Assembly (NCBI GenBank): GCA_951406725.2
Contig: OX597819.1
Location: forward strand, 25,606,001 to 25,670,000
Source of the DNA: Octopus vulgaris
Lineage: Eukaryota
Direction of reading: 5' to 3'
DNA: 64,000 nucleotides
Below, piece by piece: positions 40,965 to 52,143 of this stretch (the stretch's first letter is position 1; each line of letters begins with the position of its first letter). The notes below the pieces were generated by a model that saw only the letters and a list, made by a program, of their open reading frames with translations, had not been told where the DNA came from and searched no databases. The translations under genes were made by a program, and so were the position numbers.

Positions 40965-41296
40965 GCTTTCGTTGCCTTATATCATTTCCCCTTGATGTAC
41001 GTACATAACATATGTATGTATATACAGGAAGATAGCATAAAGCATACATACATACATACATATATATATGTATATATATATAGCTGTTTGAGTGTGTATG
41101 TATATAAATATGTATCTATCTATCTACATCTCTATCTCCCTCTTTCTCACTCTATACTTACATATATATATATTTATGCATGTATGTATTTATGTATGTA
41201 TGTATGCGTTATGCTATCTTCCTTTATATACATACATATGCTATGTATGTATGTATGTATATCAAGGGGGAAAGATATAAGGCAACAAAAGCTGTC
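40961..41296. repeat. Foldback/MITE-like hairpin with ~110-bp inverted arms, flanked by TA
   Basis: GACAGCTTTCGTTGCCTTATATC...GGAAGATAGCATAA vs TTATGCTATCTTCC...GATATAAGGCAACAAAAGCTGTC. Confidence 0.85.
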
Positions 41297-41744
41297 TATA
41301 TACTTCCTTTTCTTATCATACCTGAATTATTCCATGTCTTTTCTCTGACGGTCTGAAGGACCAGAAGCATATTTGCTAATCTGAGCCAAGTTAATTTGGA
41401 GTTTTACTTTATTCCCAGTTGTTGTTGAAACTGCGAGATGACAGTCTGCCTTTGGATATAACTCTAGTTTGTAATATCGACAACAGATTCTCTAGTTTAA
41501 CCTGTATATCAAATATTTACTTTATCGGCTTTCCGTTGGATGGAAAGCTAAATTACTCTGGAGTTAATAATTAATCTCTAAACAATCAAATATCATTCGC
41601 TGCTAGAGGTCTTGTATATAACCTGCTTCCTTTCGAAGATTTTATGAGTGTCAGCGATTAACCATTCCTACCAGAAATGCAGTTGAGTAAATCTCACATA
41701 CGCATACACCTCCACACCCCCACCCATGTACATATATTCTTTTA

Positions 41745-42030
41745 TACTTTTATTTGTTTCAGCCGACTGCGGCCACGCTTGAGCACCGCCTTTAGTCGAG
41801 CAAATCGACCCCATGAGTTATTCTTTGTAAGCCTAGTACTTATTCTATCGGTCTCTCTTGCCGAACAGCTAAGTGACGGGTACAAGCGATGTTGGGGTGA
41901 CAAACACAGACACACAAAAGTATACACACAAACACACACACACACATGGGCTTCTTTGAGTTTCCGTCTACCAAATCCACTTTGGTCGGCCCGAGGCTAT
42001 AATAGAAGACACTTGTACAAGGTGTCACAC

Positions 42031-42088
<58 letters not shown>

Positions 42089-42139
42089 TCTATAAGTAGC
42101 TCTCTGGTAAGAGCTACTTACCACAGAACCACTCCTGCG

Positions 42140-42141
<2 letters not shown>
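41745..42141 (-). mobile_element. SINE family A copy, partly replaced by microsatellite
   Basis: GAGCACCGCCTTTAGTCGAGCAAATCGACCCC...CCACTCCTGCGCC. Confidence 0.8.
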
Positions 42142-42181
<40 letters not shown>

Positions 42182-42487
42182 AAAAAATGTATGTATATAT
42201 ATATGTATTTATATATATATATAGACCATTAGCAGTAGAAATAACAGGAGATCATTTTCAAGACCTCAACAGAGATTACCCACAAGAAACTGGACAAAAA
42301 ACCGATCTAGATCTAGAAGTAAACCCAGATCATTTCTCCAGGTGGTTAAAAACAATGCTAACAAGAAATTGAAAAGTAGCATACATAATACCAAAAACAA
42401 GACAGAAAACATAACGAAACCAAGTAAAGTACCACAACCAAAACGCAAAATTCATCAAGCAAACATCAACAGGAATATAAATCATAA

Positions 42488-43981
42488 CCAGAAAAAAATC
42501 CATTTTTTTACGTCAGGACAACAAACACCGGAGAAAGAAAAAATCCAAGAGGAAACATACCCCAAACAACTGAACGTATAGATCCTAAAATAATTAATTT
42601 ATCAAAAAGAGATCTTGACAATGATGAAATCCAACTTCTGTCAAAAGGACTGAAATTCACACCTACACCAACAGCCAACCACCAAGAATTAAAGGAGGAT
42701 ATCCAAAAATTCTGTCGAAAATTACGACTTGTAGAATTCTTCGCTAACAAAAGTAATGAGATTGATGAATCCCTAGTAAGGAATAAATCAAATTTCACCC
42801 CACCAAAAGGAAGAAATAACTACCTTGACCAATACATTGATATCCTGTCTAAATTTCCCCTTAGACGCAATACCAATGTTAGGCCAAACATTAGCAAATC
42901 AGAGATGTCTGCATGTAAACGTATACAAAACGATCAAACAATAATAATTAAACAAGCAGATAAAGGTGGTGCAATTGTTATTATGGATACCGAATACTAT
43001 AAGGATTTGGTTGAAGACCAACTGAAGGATACAACCTTCTATTGTGAAATACCCGCAAATATAGACCACCACGTCATGAAAAAGATCAACAACCTGATTT
43101 CAACACACCACAACTCACTTACGGATAATGAAAAAGACTACATCACCAATTTTGAACCAAAACCCAGCAACTTCTACGGCTTACCAAAAATACACAAATC
43201 AAAAAACATTCAACAGGCAGTAAAAGAACAAGAAAGTGAGTACATAAAATTATTACATCCAAAAGACCTAAAACTTAGACCTATTATAGCTGGTCCAGCA
43301 TGCCCTACACACCGTCTAAGCAATTTTATTGACATTGTTTTGAAACCACTATGTACTTACATACCAAGTTTCATCAGGGATGACATCGACTTCCTGTCCC
43401 ATCTTCCCAAAACAACAGAAACAAATTCAGTTTTGCTAAGTTTTGATGTGGTAAGCCTCTACACCAATATTCCACACGATTTAGGAATAAAGGCGATTAA
43501 ATACTGGTTAGAAAAACATAGAGAAGTGATTCCCAGCAGATTCACAGTGCCATTTATATTAGACACAGTCAAACTTATTCTAGAAAATAACACATTCTTC
43601 TTCAATGGAAAGAATTACATCCAAATTAGAGGCACGGCGATGGGAACGAGGTTTGCTCCCGTTTACGCCAACTCTGTAATGGGATACTTAGAAGAACAAC
43701 TCTACCAAGAGGTGGAGGTAAACTATGGCACTGGATTTAGAAAGTATATTGAAAAGGCATGGAAGAGATACCTAGACGACTGTTTCATAATCTGGACAGA
43801 ATCTCTAAATACTCTGGAAGAGTTCAATATCCTCCTGAACAACCTACACCCATCTCTCAAATTTACAAAGGAGATGAGTAGTACCAAATTACCATTCCTG
43901 GATATAATGGTAATTAAAAAAGACACCACCATCACCACAGATATATACTATAAACACACACACACACACATCAATACCTAA
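42488..43981 (+). CDS. PLE reverse transcriptase (frame open from 42488; annotated ATG at 42905)
   Basis: KQADKGGAIVIMD, FYGLPKIHK, RPIIAG, DVVSLYTNIP, GTAMGTRFAPVYAN, WKRYLDDCF, LPFLDI. Confidence 0.92.
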   Translation, partial: PEKNPFFYVRTTNTGERKNPRGNIPQTTERIDPKIINLSKRDLDNDEIQLLSKGLKFTPTPTANHQELKEDIQKFCRKLRLVEFFANKSNEIDESLVRNKSNFTPPKGRNNYLDQYIDILSKFPLRRNTNVRPNISKSEMSACKRIQNDQTIIIKQADKGGAIVIMDTEYYKDLVEDQLKDTTFYCEIPANIDHHVMKKINNLISTHHNSLTDNEKDYITNFEPKPSNFYGLPKIHKSKNIQQAVKEQESEYIKLLHPKDLKLRPIIAGPACPTHRLSNFIDIVLKPLCTYIPSFIRDDIDFLSHLPKTTETNSVLLSFDVVSLYTNIPHDLGIKAIKYWLEKHREVIPSRFTVPFILDTVKLILENNTFFFNGKNYIQIRGTAMGTRFAPVYANSVMGYLEEQLYQEVEVNYGTGFRKYIEKAWKRYLDDCFIIWTESLNTLEEFNILLNNLHPSLKFTKEMSSTKLPFLDIMVIKKDTTITTDIYYKHTHTHINT

Positions 43982-44817
43982 ATTTTAAGTCGTGCCATCC
44001 ACCACATACAAAACGTAACATCCCATACTGCCTAGCCAGAAGAATTTGTACTATTGTAGAAGATGCAAATATCAGGAACAAACGCCTAATAGAACTAAGA
44101 GAATTTTTGCTCAAACAAAAATACCCATCTCTACTTATAGAAAATGGCATACAGCGGGCTATAAAAATACCTATACAACAACTTAGGACAACCCAAGGAA
44201 GAGGAAAACAAGAACAAGTCATACCATTCATAGTGACACACAACCCATGTCACCAGAATATCTTCAACATTGCCAAAGCAAACCTACCAATCATTGCCCA
44301 AAGTAATGAATTAAAAGACATAATCAAGGATCGAGCTATGGTGCTTAGTAAAAGACAGCCTAAAAACTTGAAAACATTACTAACAAAGGCAAAATTTGAC
44401 CTCAGCAACAAAGACCAAACATTCACGGTATCTAAATGCAATGATAGCCGATGTGGCACATGCCAATTCATACATACCGGTCAATATATAAACACAAAAA
44501 CCGGGAAAATATTCACAAACGCGAATATGAACTGCAAAAGCAGAAATTTAATTTACTGCATCAAATGCCCAAATTGTGAAGAAATATATGTAGGTCAGAC
44601 GGGAAACGCACTATTAGAACGCTCACGTGTACACCGGCAACAGATTAGAGACCCAGAGGTCCGTCAGATACCTTTGAGTAACCACCTAGCAACATGTGGT
44701 CGGAAAATATATATAATATTTCCATTCTACAAATTACACAGCCCAAGTGAAATCGAGAGGAAAATCAGAGAAAAGAATTTTATTGATAAATTCGAACCCA
44801 AGCTAAATAAGCAATAA
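43972..44817 (+). CDS. PLE thumb + Cys-rich linker + GIY-YIG endonuclease (frameshifted continuation of the RT ORF)
   Basis: QYLNFKSCHP..IPYCLARRI, CNDSRCGTC, NLIYCIKCPNCEEIYVGQTG..L..R..H, REKNFI..LN. Confidence 0.9.
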   Translation, partial: QYLNFKSCHPPHTKRNIPYCLARRICTIVEDANIRNKRLIELREFLLKQKYPSLLIENGIQRAIKIPIQQLRTTQGRGKQEQVIPFIVTHNPCHQNIFNIAKANLPIIAQSNELKDIIKDRAMVLSKRQPKNLKTLLTKAKFDLSNKDQTFTVSKCNDSRCGTCQFIHTGQYINTKTGKIFTNANMNCKSRNLIYCIKCPNCEEIYVGQTGNALLERSRVHRQQIRDPEVRQIPLSNHLATCGRKIYIIFPFYKLHSPSEIERKIREKNFIDKFEPKLNKQ

Positions 44818-45133
44818 TAATAATACTTAGAGGTATTACTTCCACTGCTACGACCATGACCACTAACAACAACAACAATACTAAAGGTGATCAAGACGAA
44901 GATAGCAGGAAAATTATCTTATTTAGGGTTAAAAGTTCTATTGCCACCACCATCACCACTAGCAACAATAATTAAGGTGCTGACAATGATGATGATGACA
45001 ATTGAAATATAAAAATATAAAAATCTCTGACAAAGGATATTTACAACATTTCTAAAAATAACCCAAACAATTGCTGCTTCGGCCAGGGTCAAGATACAGG
45101 ACTCTTGACCTGTCCAACAAAGCGTGATGCCTA

Positions 45134-45250
45134 AACCAATCAGCTCAACCAACCAATCAGCTTAAGTAATTGAGTGATACTACACACTGATTGGTCAGAA
45201 TACAGTTTGCAAAACCTAGCACTCTGGAGCCTACCCAGCTGTATTTATAG
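45134..45250 (+). promoter_or_regulatory. Putative Pol II promoter in the PLE terminal repeat
   Basis: AACCAATCAGC twice plus inverted CTGATTGG (CCAAT/NF-Y boxes), then TATTTATA at 45242-45249. Confidence 0.5.
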
Positions 45251-45312
45251 CACAGAATCACTCATCTTGCTACAGTCAAAAATTGTGAAGCATGACTGTC
45301 AACACTACTACA

Positions 45313-45357
45313 TGAACCCGAAGATTGCAGAATTCAATGCATGAAAGTACTAGTTCA
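45313..45357 (+). ncRNA. Minimal hammerhead ribozyme in the PLE 3' repeat (H5)
   Basis: TGAAC-CCGAAGA-T-TGCA(GAATTCAA)TGCA-T-GAAA-GTAC-TA^GTTCA; 5-bp stem I; palindrome AGTACT. Confidence 0.75.
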
Positions 45358-45534
45358 ATCAGAATGAATATTTAACATTCTACTATTTCATTTTATTTTA
45401 TTCAATTATAATATATTATCTTATAATATATCATTATAAGATTGTAAATAAAACGTGAAAATCAGACAAGGTTGGAATTCTTTTTATTAATATATTCTTC
45501 TATACACAATCACACACACCCATATATATATATA

Positions 45535-45586
<52 letters not shown>

Positions 45587-45604
45587 GTATGTATATATAT
45601 GTAT

Positions 45605-45635
<31 letters not shown>

Positions 45636-46010
45636 CATATATACCTACATCTACATACATTTATATCTATCTTTATATACATACATATATACACACACAC
45701 ACACGCACGCACACACACATATAGTGATAGAACGTTGGAGTAATGATTGAAGATTTGTCGACACGTATCCTCTAGCTATCACCTAACATGTTTAGAAGTT
45801 TGTATATAACCTAATATGCATATAACCTAACGAGTGGTATGTGCTATGTTGATGAGAAAGAAAAAAGAAACGACTCCATTTTCTTATCACATCACCTCCC
45901 TCAGCACCACTTTTATTGCAAACGATACCATCATCACCACCGAACCGACACCAATCTTGCAACTATAGCTAACATCATTACTACAACTACTACTACTGCT
46001 ACTACTACTG

Positions 46011-46067
<57 letters not shown>

Positions 46068-46239
46068 TAAATTTCAACCAACCCAAATGAGATAAAGATG
46101 ACAACGTGTATCTGATATCAAATTTGTAAGAATAAGTGCCTCTTACGTGCAGCATCTATATATTCAAGATATTTACGGTATTATGAATAATCATGAACAA
46201 ATAGTCAACCTATCGTCTAAATATCAGTAGATATCTTCA

Positions 46240-46740
46240 GGCAATTGTCACTGATATCTTATAGAAAAATTTAGCAAGCATTTCTTTATATTCACTCCAA
46301 AAATATGACATGAGGACACTTTTCAAGAGTAATAATACACTTCCCAAATATCTCCTTCGAATAAAACCACTAATATAAGAGAATATGACCAAAGACTGCG
46401 TGTACTCCATCCCATGCAGCTGTGGAAGTTTATACAAAGGAGAAACATGCCACCCTCTCAAAATAAGGTTAGATGAATATCGCAAAGCTGTGACACGAGG
46501 AAATATTGGTAAATCGAGTATAGCTGATCACGTATGGAAAAATGGTGACTCCTACCCCTGTGGTATGAAGTTAAAATAATAGACAGAGAACACACCTGGA
46601 AATACGAAAACTAAAAGAAGCAGCATATATGCTCGAGCACAGCAACCTCCTAAGCAGACCGAGGGCAGATATGAGTAGCATATGGGAGCCGGTATTCAAG
46701 AATGATAGGAAAATATTGGATTTATCAGCCCTAAAATTCA
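46240..46740 (+). pseudogene. Decayed PLE GIY-YIG C-terminus (Poseidon/Penelope-type)
   Basis: DCVYSIPCSCGSLYKGET..L..RL.E.RK, SSIADHVW, EVKIIDRE..W..KLKEAA, read across frameshifts. Confidence 0.8.
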
Positions 46741-46758
46741 CTCCATAATTGCCAACAG

Positions 46759-46988
46759 GCATATGGCGTGGTGGTTAAGAGCGCGCGCTTCTAATTCCAA
46801 GATTCCGAGTTCAATTCCAAGCAGTGACCTGAATAATAATAAGAACAACAACAACAACAACAACAACATCAAAAAATACCTTAGGAATGAGAACCCAGGT
46901 TCGAAATTTCCCCAAGGCACCTAATGAAGGCTGGAGGGTATATCACCTGAAATAAGATGAGAACAAATATCCGTCAAATGTAAATAAT
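46759..46988 (+). mobile_element. Family H4 copy 2 (tRNA-like head, inactivated HHR)
   Basis: TGGCGTGGTGG and GAGTTCAATTCC boxes; core mutated to CTAATGA and cleavage-site segment deleted. Confidence 0.8.
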
Positions 46989-47027
46989 TCAGTGTTTTGC
47001 ATTCCATTATATTAACTTATTTCATGT

Positions 47028-47112
47028 TAAACATAGGCAACCTTTTTCGTGATAAATTTTCGTTAGGCGTGCCATTCAGAAAGTCCAGCGGACCGCAGGT
47101 TGCCCATGACTG
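47028..47112. mobile_element. 85-bp hAT-like MITE
   Basis: Ends TAAACATAGGCAACC / GGTTGCCCATGACTG; 8-bp TSD TTTCATGT / CTTCATGT. Confidence 0.55.
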
Positions 47113-47144
47113 CTTCATGTGATATCTATTTAATCAGAGATACC

Positions 47145-48032
47145 TACGGAGTGAAAAGTAAGTAGGCATTAAAACTTGGTAATAAATCCATATTCCTTTT
47201 ACAAATTTATTGAAACAAATGATACATGTTCTTTATTACATGTGCAAATGAAAGTAAATCTTCATATTTCAACGTAAGCACCGATGGCATCATCCAGTTT
47301 CGTCAAACGGCCAAGGATGGAATGAACAAACTCCTGAAGGACTTCGCCTGGGGTATCCTTGAGAACTTCCTGAATCCGTGTCTCCAAGTCCTCTAGTGTG
47401 CGAGGTTTGGTCTTGGTCTTGTACATCTCCTCTTTTGTGTAACTGCACAGGTAAAAATCACATGGAGTGAGATCTGGACTTCTTTGAGTTCTGGAGTTCT
47501 AGATTTCTGCGATCACAGTCTTCTGGTTTTCGCTCCTGAATCCGTGGTTTCCCACTGACGAAAATTCAATTCTTTATGCAAATCCGTACGTATTATGTGT
47601 CTTGTTAGTCCACTTGCACGAATTTCTTGACGCGCTGATTTATGCAAGCTGCAATTAAAGATTCCCTGCACTGTTGCCACGTTCTCCGCTGATCGGGATG
47701 GGATTTGACGGCCACTTCTTGTAACGTTCACAGAGCCCGGCGTCATCAACTTTACGTAATAAGTTTTATTGCCTCTGGACTTTGTGTTACATGCTTACTT
47801 TTCCATGCACGCCACCATCTCTGAATCAAAACAATGGAATTCCCCACTGCATAGCGTGCTGCCTCCTGAACAGTCAAGCGATCGGCCATTTGGAAAATAA
47901 AGTATAAGAAATAAGACAATAAGACAATTTTGAACATCTCCATTAATATTGTCTGTTTAAAAAACGTTTTCGTCATGACTTCAGTGATACTGCAAATTGT
48001 GTTTAATGTCCAGTTACTTTCCACTCACACTG
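47145..48032 (-). mobile_element. Internally deleted Tc1/mariner-superfamily element with degenerate ~30-bp TIRs
   Basis: RSGR..SRSAENV..V HTH region, SPDLTPCDFYL, TLEDLETRI; TIRs GGAGTGAAAAGTAAGTAGGCATTAAAAC / GTTTAATGTCCAGTTACTTTCCACTC. Confidence 0.8.
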
Positions 48033-48345
48033 AAGATAAGAGAAAAACCATACATTAATACTGAAGTGTATTCCCCTTTGAAGGTACCGATTCTCACCCC
48101 ACCAATGATTTAAAATACAAAAGCAATTTATGCATTTATAGCCTTTGTTTTTAATTGGTAATTATCCGAGAACATTTTTGTTGCTGTTTTATCTGGTTTC
48201 TTTTGTCTTTAGTTTTTCTTCTATTGACCCAAAATGCATTGATTGCTCGCCAATCGGCTAATTCAAATATAACTAAGAGATCAGTAAAAGCTATCAGATA
48301 TATCCCAGTAAAAATTAAGAGAACTTTATGAATAAACATTGACGC

Positions 48346-48552
48346 ATTATAATCCTTTCTACTATAGGCCCCTGGGGAGGGGGCCAGTCGATTACACCAA
48401 TCTCAGTACTCAACTGGTGCTTAATTTATCGATCCCGAAATGATGAAAGGCAAAGTCGACCTCGGCGGAATTCGAACTCAGAACGGAGCGGCAGACGAAA
48501 TACCGCTAAGCATTTCGCCCGGCGAGCTAAACATTCTGCCAAGTTGCCGACT
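48346..48552 (-). mobile_element. SINE family D (tRNA head + MetaSINE-like central domain), best copy
   Basis: Minus strand TGGCAGAATGTTTAG...GAGTTCGAATTCCGCCGAGGTCGACTTTGCCTTTCATC...GATAAATTAAGCACCAG; many further diverged copies (27.1, 34.3-34.7, 39.6-39.9 and 54.2 kb). Confidence 0.8.
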
Positions 48553-48679
48553 TATAAATGAATTATAATACTACAAGAAGGATTACAAGCAAACAAGTGG
48601 TGTCTATATGGCCGCTCGACCTTCTAGAAATAGTAGTCATATGTTTAAATTAATATGTTTTAAATTTGTACGTTTTGAG

Positions 48680-49090
48680 GTCAATGCATGCCCCGTAATT
48701 CGAGCAGCCACGCGTCCCTATTGTTGATTTTTGAGGGATTTTCATTGCCATTTGCTCTTGACTGTTTTGTGTATTTTGAATGATTGTTTTATTCATGGGT
48801 CTTGTCTCAGTATTGGAATGATCTGGTGGATAATGTAAACCGCTGCATTTAATTTGGGTTGTGTGTTGTAATAACTGGTAAAATATTGGGATTATCTGAA
48901 GAGCTATTTTTGTCGCTGTGGTTCTTTAATATCCATTGCTTTGGCACTTTCTATTTCCTTATTTGTTAACGTTGCTGGATTTTGTATTTCAAGTATAATT
49001 TGCTTAAATTCCTGGACTTCTTTATTTCGAGGTTCATAATTTGAAACAATTATGCAGATTCTTCTTACTAGATTAAATGAAATATTAATA
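48680..49090 (-). pseudogene. Decayed PLE thumb/linker fragment
   Basis: FNLVRRICIIVSN...RNK..QE.K aligns by eye with YCLARRICTIVED..RNKRLIEL of the 44-kb PLE. Confidence 0.65.
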
Positions 49091-50864
49091 AACACTGGTC
49101 ACCGAAAATAAACTTTATTTTTTCACCAGAGCCTTCTGAAAACGCACTTCGGACGCCGACTCTAAATCTGTCTCATAGTTCGTTTTCCCCAGCACGTCTA
49201 GACAACGAAATGTGCCGGTTTTATTTTTCCCAGATTATCAATATACAAGGTGTATTAAATAACATTTCATATAAAATTCATACTTTTGATTAATCTAAAG
49301 ATAATTAATTCCAATGTAATTTTTACACGATTGATCAAATTAGATACACATGTAATTGAAGAATGTACATCATACTGTCTCGTAATGTGTTATGAGTATT
49401 ATTTTATCATAAAAATTTCGTCTGGATCATTGTGATATAGTATCGAACAATAGCCAGCCATCGTGCCTCCATCCAAAAATGCGTAGAACCTGGATTTCAT
49501 TCCAAGTGTTTGCTGATTCAATCGTTTTTAACTTTATCCCGTTAAGATTGTCTGAAGAGAAATCTTGACAATATAATGTAGAAAGCGTATGTTTCACAAT
49601 GTCTGCCAACCGACTTTCTTTATAGATATGAAGGAGCCTCCAACCGCACGTCGATATGCAGTTGATTTATTATTTCTTAGAATGTTTTTGCATAAATATT
49701 TAAAAGTCATCCAAGATTTTGTTAAAATAAAACACCATTAAATAGCTCTCAGATTTGTAGCTTCCCCAAAAGTTTTCTTTTTAACTTTCCTACACTTATA
49801 TTTTTAATACTGCAATCGTCATGATTTGACTTTATCCTTTTATTCTTTCATTCCCTTATTTATTTCAGGCATTGCATTGCAACTATGTCAGAACACTACC
49901 TTGAAGTGCTTTGTCGATCAAATAGAACCTAGTATCTACTTTTATGTCTTGTATTTATTTTATTGAGCTATTTCGCCAAACCGCTAGATTACGGGCATTC
50001 AAACGAATAAACACATTTCCGAATAAAGGGAGGGACAAAGACACGCACACATATACATATCTACATAAGATACGGGATTCCGCACATACGGGGATATTTT
50101 AGAAGACCTTTACCCAATGTTTCAGGGAGTAGAGCTTAATCCAAAGTCTATTTGGTTATGAAACATATTCCTTAATGATACGGAGATGTCTGTGCTTTAA
50201 TTTAGCAACATTTTTGATAGCACGGATTTAAATGTGGAGAGATGGTAAACATGTTTTCTCGGGATCAGCAAAAGAGGACTTGACCCTGCCCCAAGTCTGA
50301 GACATATGTTGACAAAATGACCGTTTCCGTTGAATATAGAAGCCCATGGAAATATGACTGTCCCACGGGGTTATGAAACAACACTTTGCAAATCCGTCTT
50401 TCATGATATTAGCATACGATTAACTTTTAAATCTCCACAGAAGCTCTAGAACACTGTACTGAATAAGACTAAGTAGTATATCATTTTATCATATGTTCTG
50501 TTTGGATTGACAGAACGGACAATGGGAATGAGTTCATTTTTACATTTCCGTTATGCAACAGACTCGCGTTCAAGCTTCACGCTGATTAATCAACGGATTT
50601 GTACTATTCAGGTGCTAATATGAGTATGAAATAAGTTTGTGAAGAGTTCAGTGATTTTGGTTTTAATAACAGAGTGGACCATCTAATATAAAAATAGTGC
50701 CAATTAATATTTCGTTTGCGAAATATCAATTTCGCTGATTTTGCCTGAGGATTATGTTAAGAGTACACGTAACTGTGGAGCCTGTTCGCTCTTACAAGCT
50801 AATTCAACGACTCGATAGTTTAGTTGAGCGAACAATTGGAATACTCATGGCAGAAAGAGACAGA

Positions 50865-50879
50865 AATCTATTGCTTATA

Positions 50880-50916
<37 letters not shown>

Positions 50917-51384
50917 CAATTTCATACTCTTCTCTCTCCCTCATTCTCTCTTTCTATGCACACACACACACTCAGGTACACAAATACGCACACACATACA
51001 GACATACATATATACATGCATACCTACCTACATATGTACATATAAAAAAATCTATTGCTTATATATATATATATTTATATCAATCTCATACTCTTCTCTC
51101 TCCTTCATTCTCTCTTTCTATGCACACACACACACTCAGATACACAAATACGCACACACATACAGACATACATATATACATGCATACCTACCTACATATG
51201 TACATATAAAAAAATCTATTGCTTATATATATATGTATTTATATCAATCTCATACTCTTCTCTCTCCCTCATTCTCTCTTTCTGTGCACACACACACACA
51301 CACACACACACACGTACACAAACACGCACACACATACAGACATACATATATACATGCATACCTACCTACATATGTACATATAAA
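50865..51384 (+). repeat. Three-copy tandem repeat with ~165-185-bp unit
   Basis: Units start AATCTATTGCTTATA at 50865, 51049 and 51213. Confidence 0.95.
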
Positions 51385-52143
51385 CAAATATGCACACATA
51401 CGCATATACGTATCAATAAATTGCTCTATATAGTGTTTGCCGCAAGCATAAGTAGCGTGTTTGAGATATCTGTCAATTTGCTGAACCATTTACCTCTTCT
51501 TTAACAATTAAGAGTCTAATAATTGATGTCCAACCAAAGTGACATATGTTCTAAATTATCTCTTCCTTTCCTTTCAAACACGCCTGACTCCCCATTCGCC
51601 CTCTTCATTTCCATCTCACTCTTGTTTTTCTCTTTCTACCTCATAGTGCTCCCCCGCCCCTTACTCTTCATCCACCTCACCGAGAAACACTCTGCTCGAC
51701 AGTTTCTCTGTCATTAGCTGGGATGTGATTCTCTTCTATTTTCTGGCTGAGTGAACATCTATGAAAAAGTAAAAAAAGTGGTAAGTGTGGTGGAGTAGCA
51801 AAAAATGAAATGTACTACAAAAACTGATTTAATGATCTAATTAATCTTTCTCCTCGTTACACAATGTGAAATGAAAATACCTTGCCCAAGGACTTAATGC
51901 AGATGTCCTATCCAGGAATTGAACCCATAATTCTATAATCAAGGAGTCGATACTTAAAACATTAGGCTTTGCACTATCAAACTATCTCTAATAGTTACTC
52001 AAATAAATGAAAAATCTCATTCTACATAGTTGCTTAGAGTAATAAAAGTGACACCACGCACAAGACCCTAAATCCGTGACCACCCAATAAAATATCAAAC
52101 AATAGAGATGAGTGACAAAATAGCAATTCTGTACACACACACC

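Larger units (their letters stand above)
42223..45500 (+). mobile_element. Penelope-like retroelement (Cys-linker/Neptune-type GIY-YIG), nearly intact, flanked by (TA)n
   Basis: N-terminal INLS...LLSKGLKFTPTP, RT, thumb, Cys linker, GIY-YIG; 3' repeat carries CCAAT/TATA boxes, an HHR and AATAAA. Confidence 0.92.

Noticed and set aside
42905-44817. Selenoprotein-encoding (Naiad-type) PLE
   Set aside because: No in-frame TGA in the RT or GIY-YIG frames and no SECIS recognised.
50865-51384. CRISPR-like repeat array
   Set aside because: Contiguous tandem units with no unique spacers, eukaryotic context and no cas genes.
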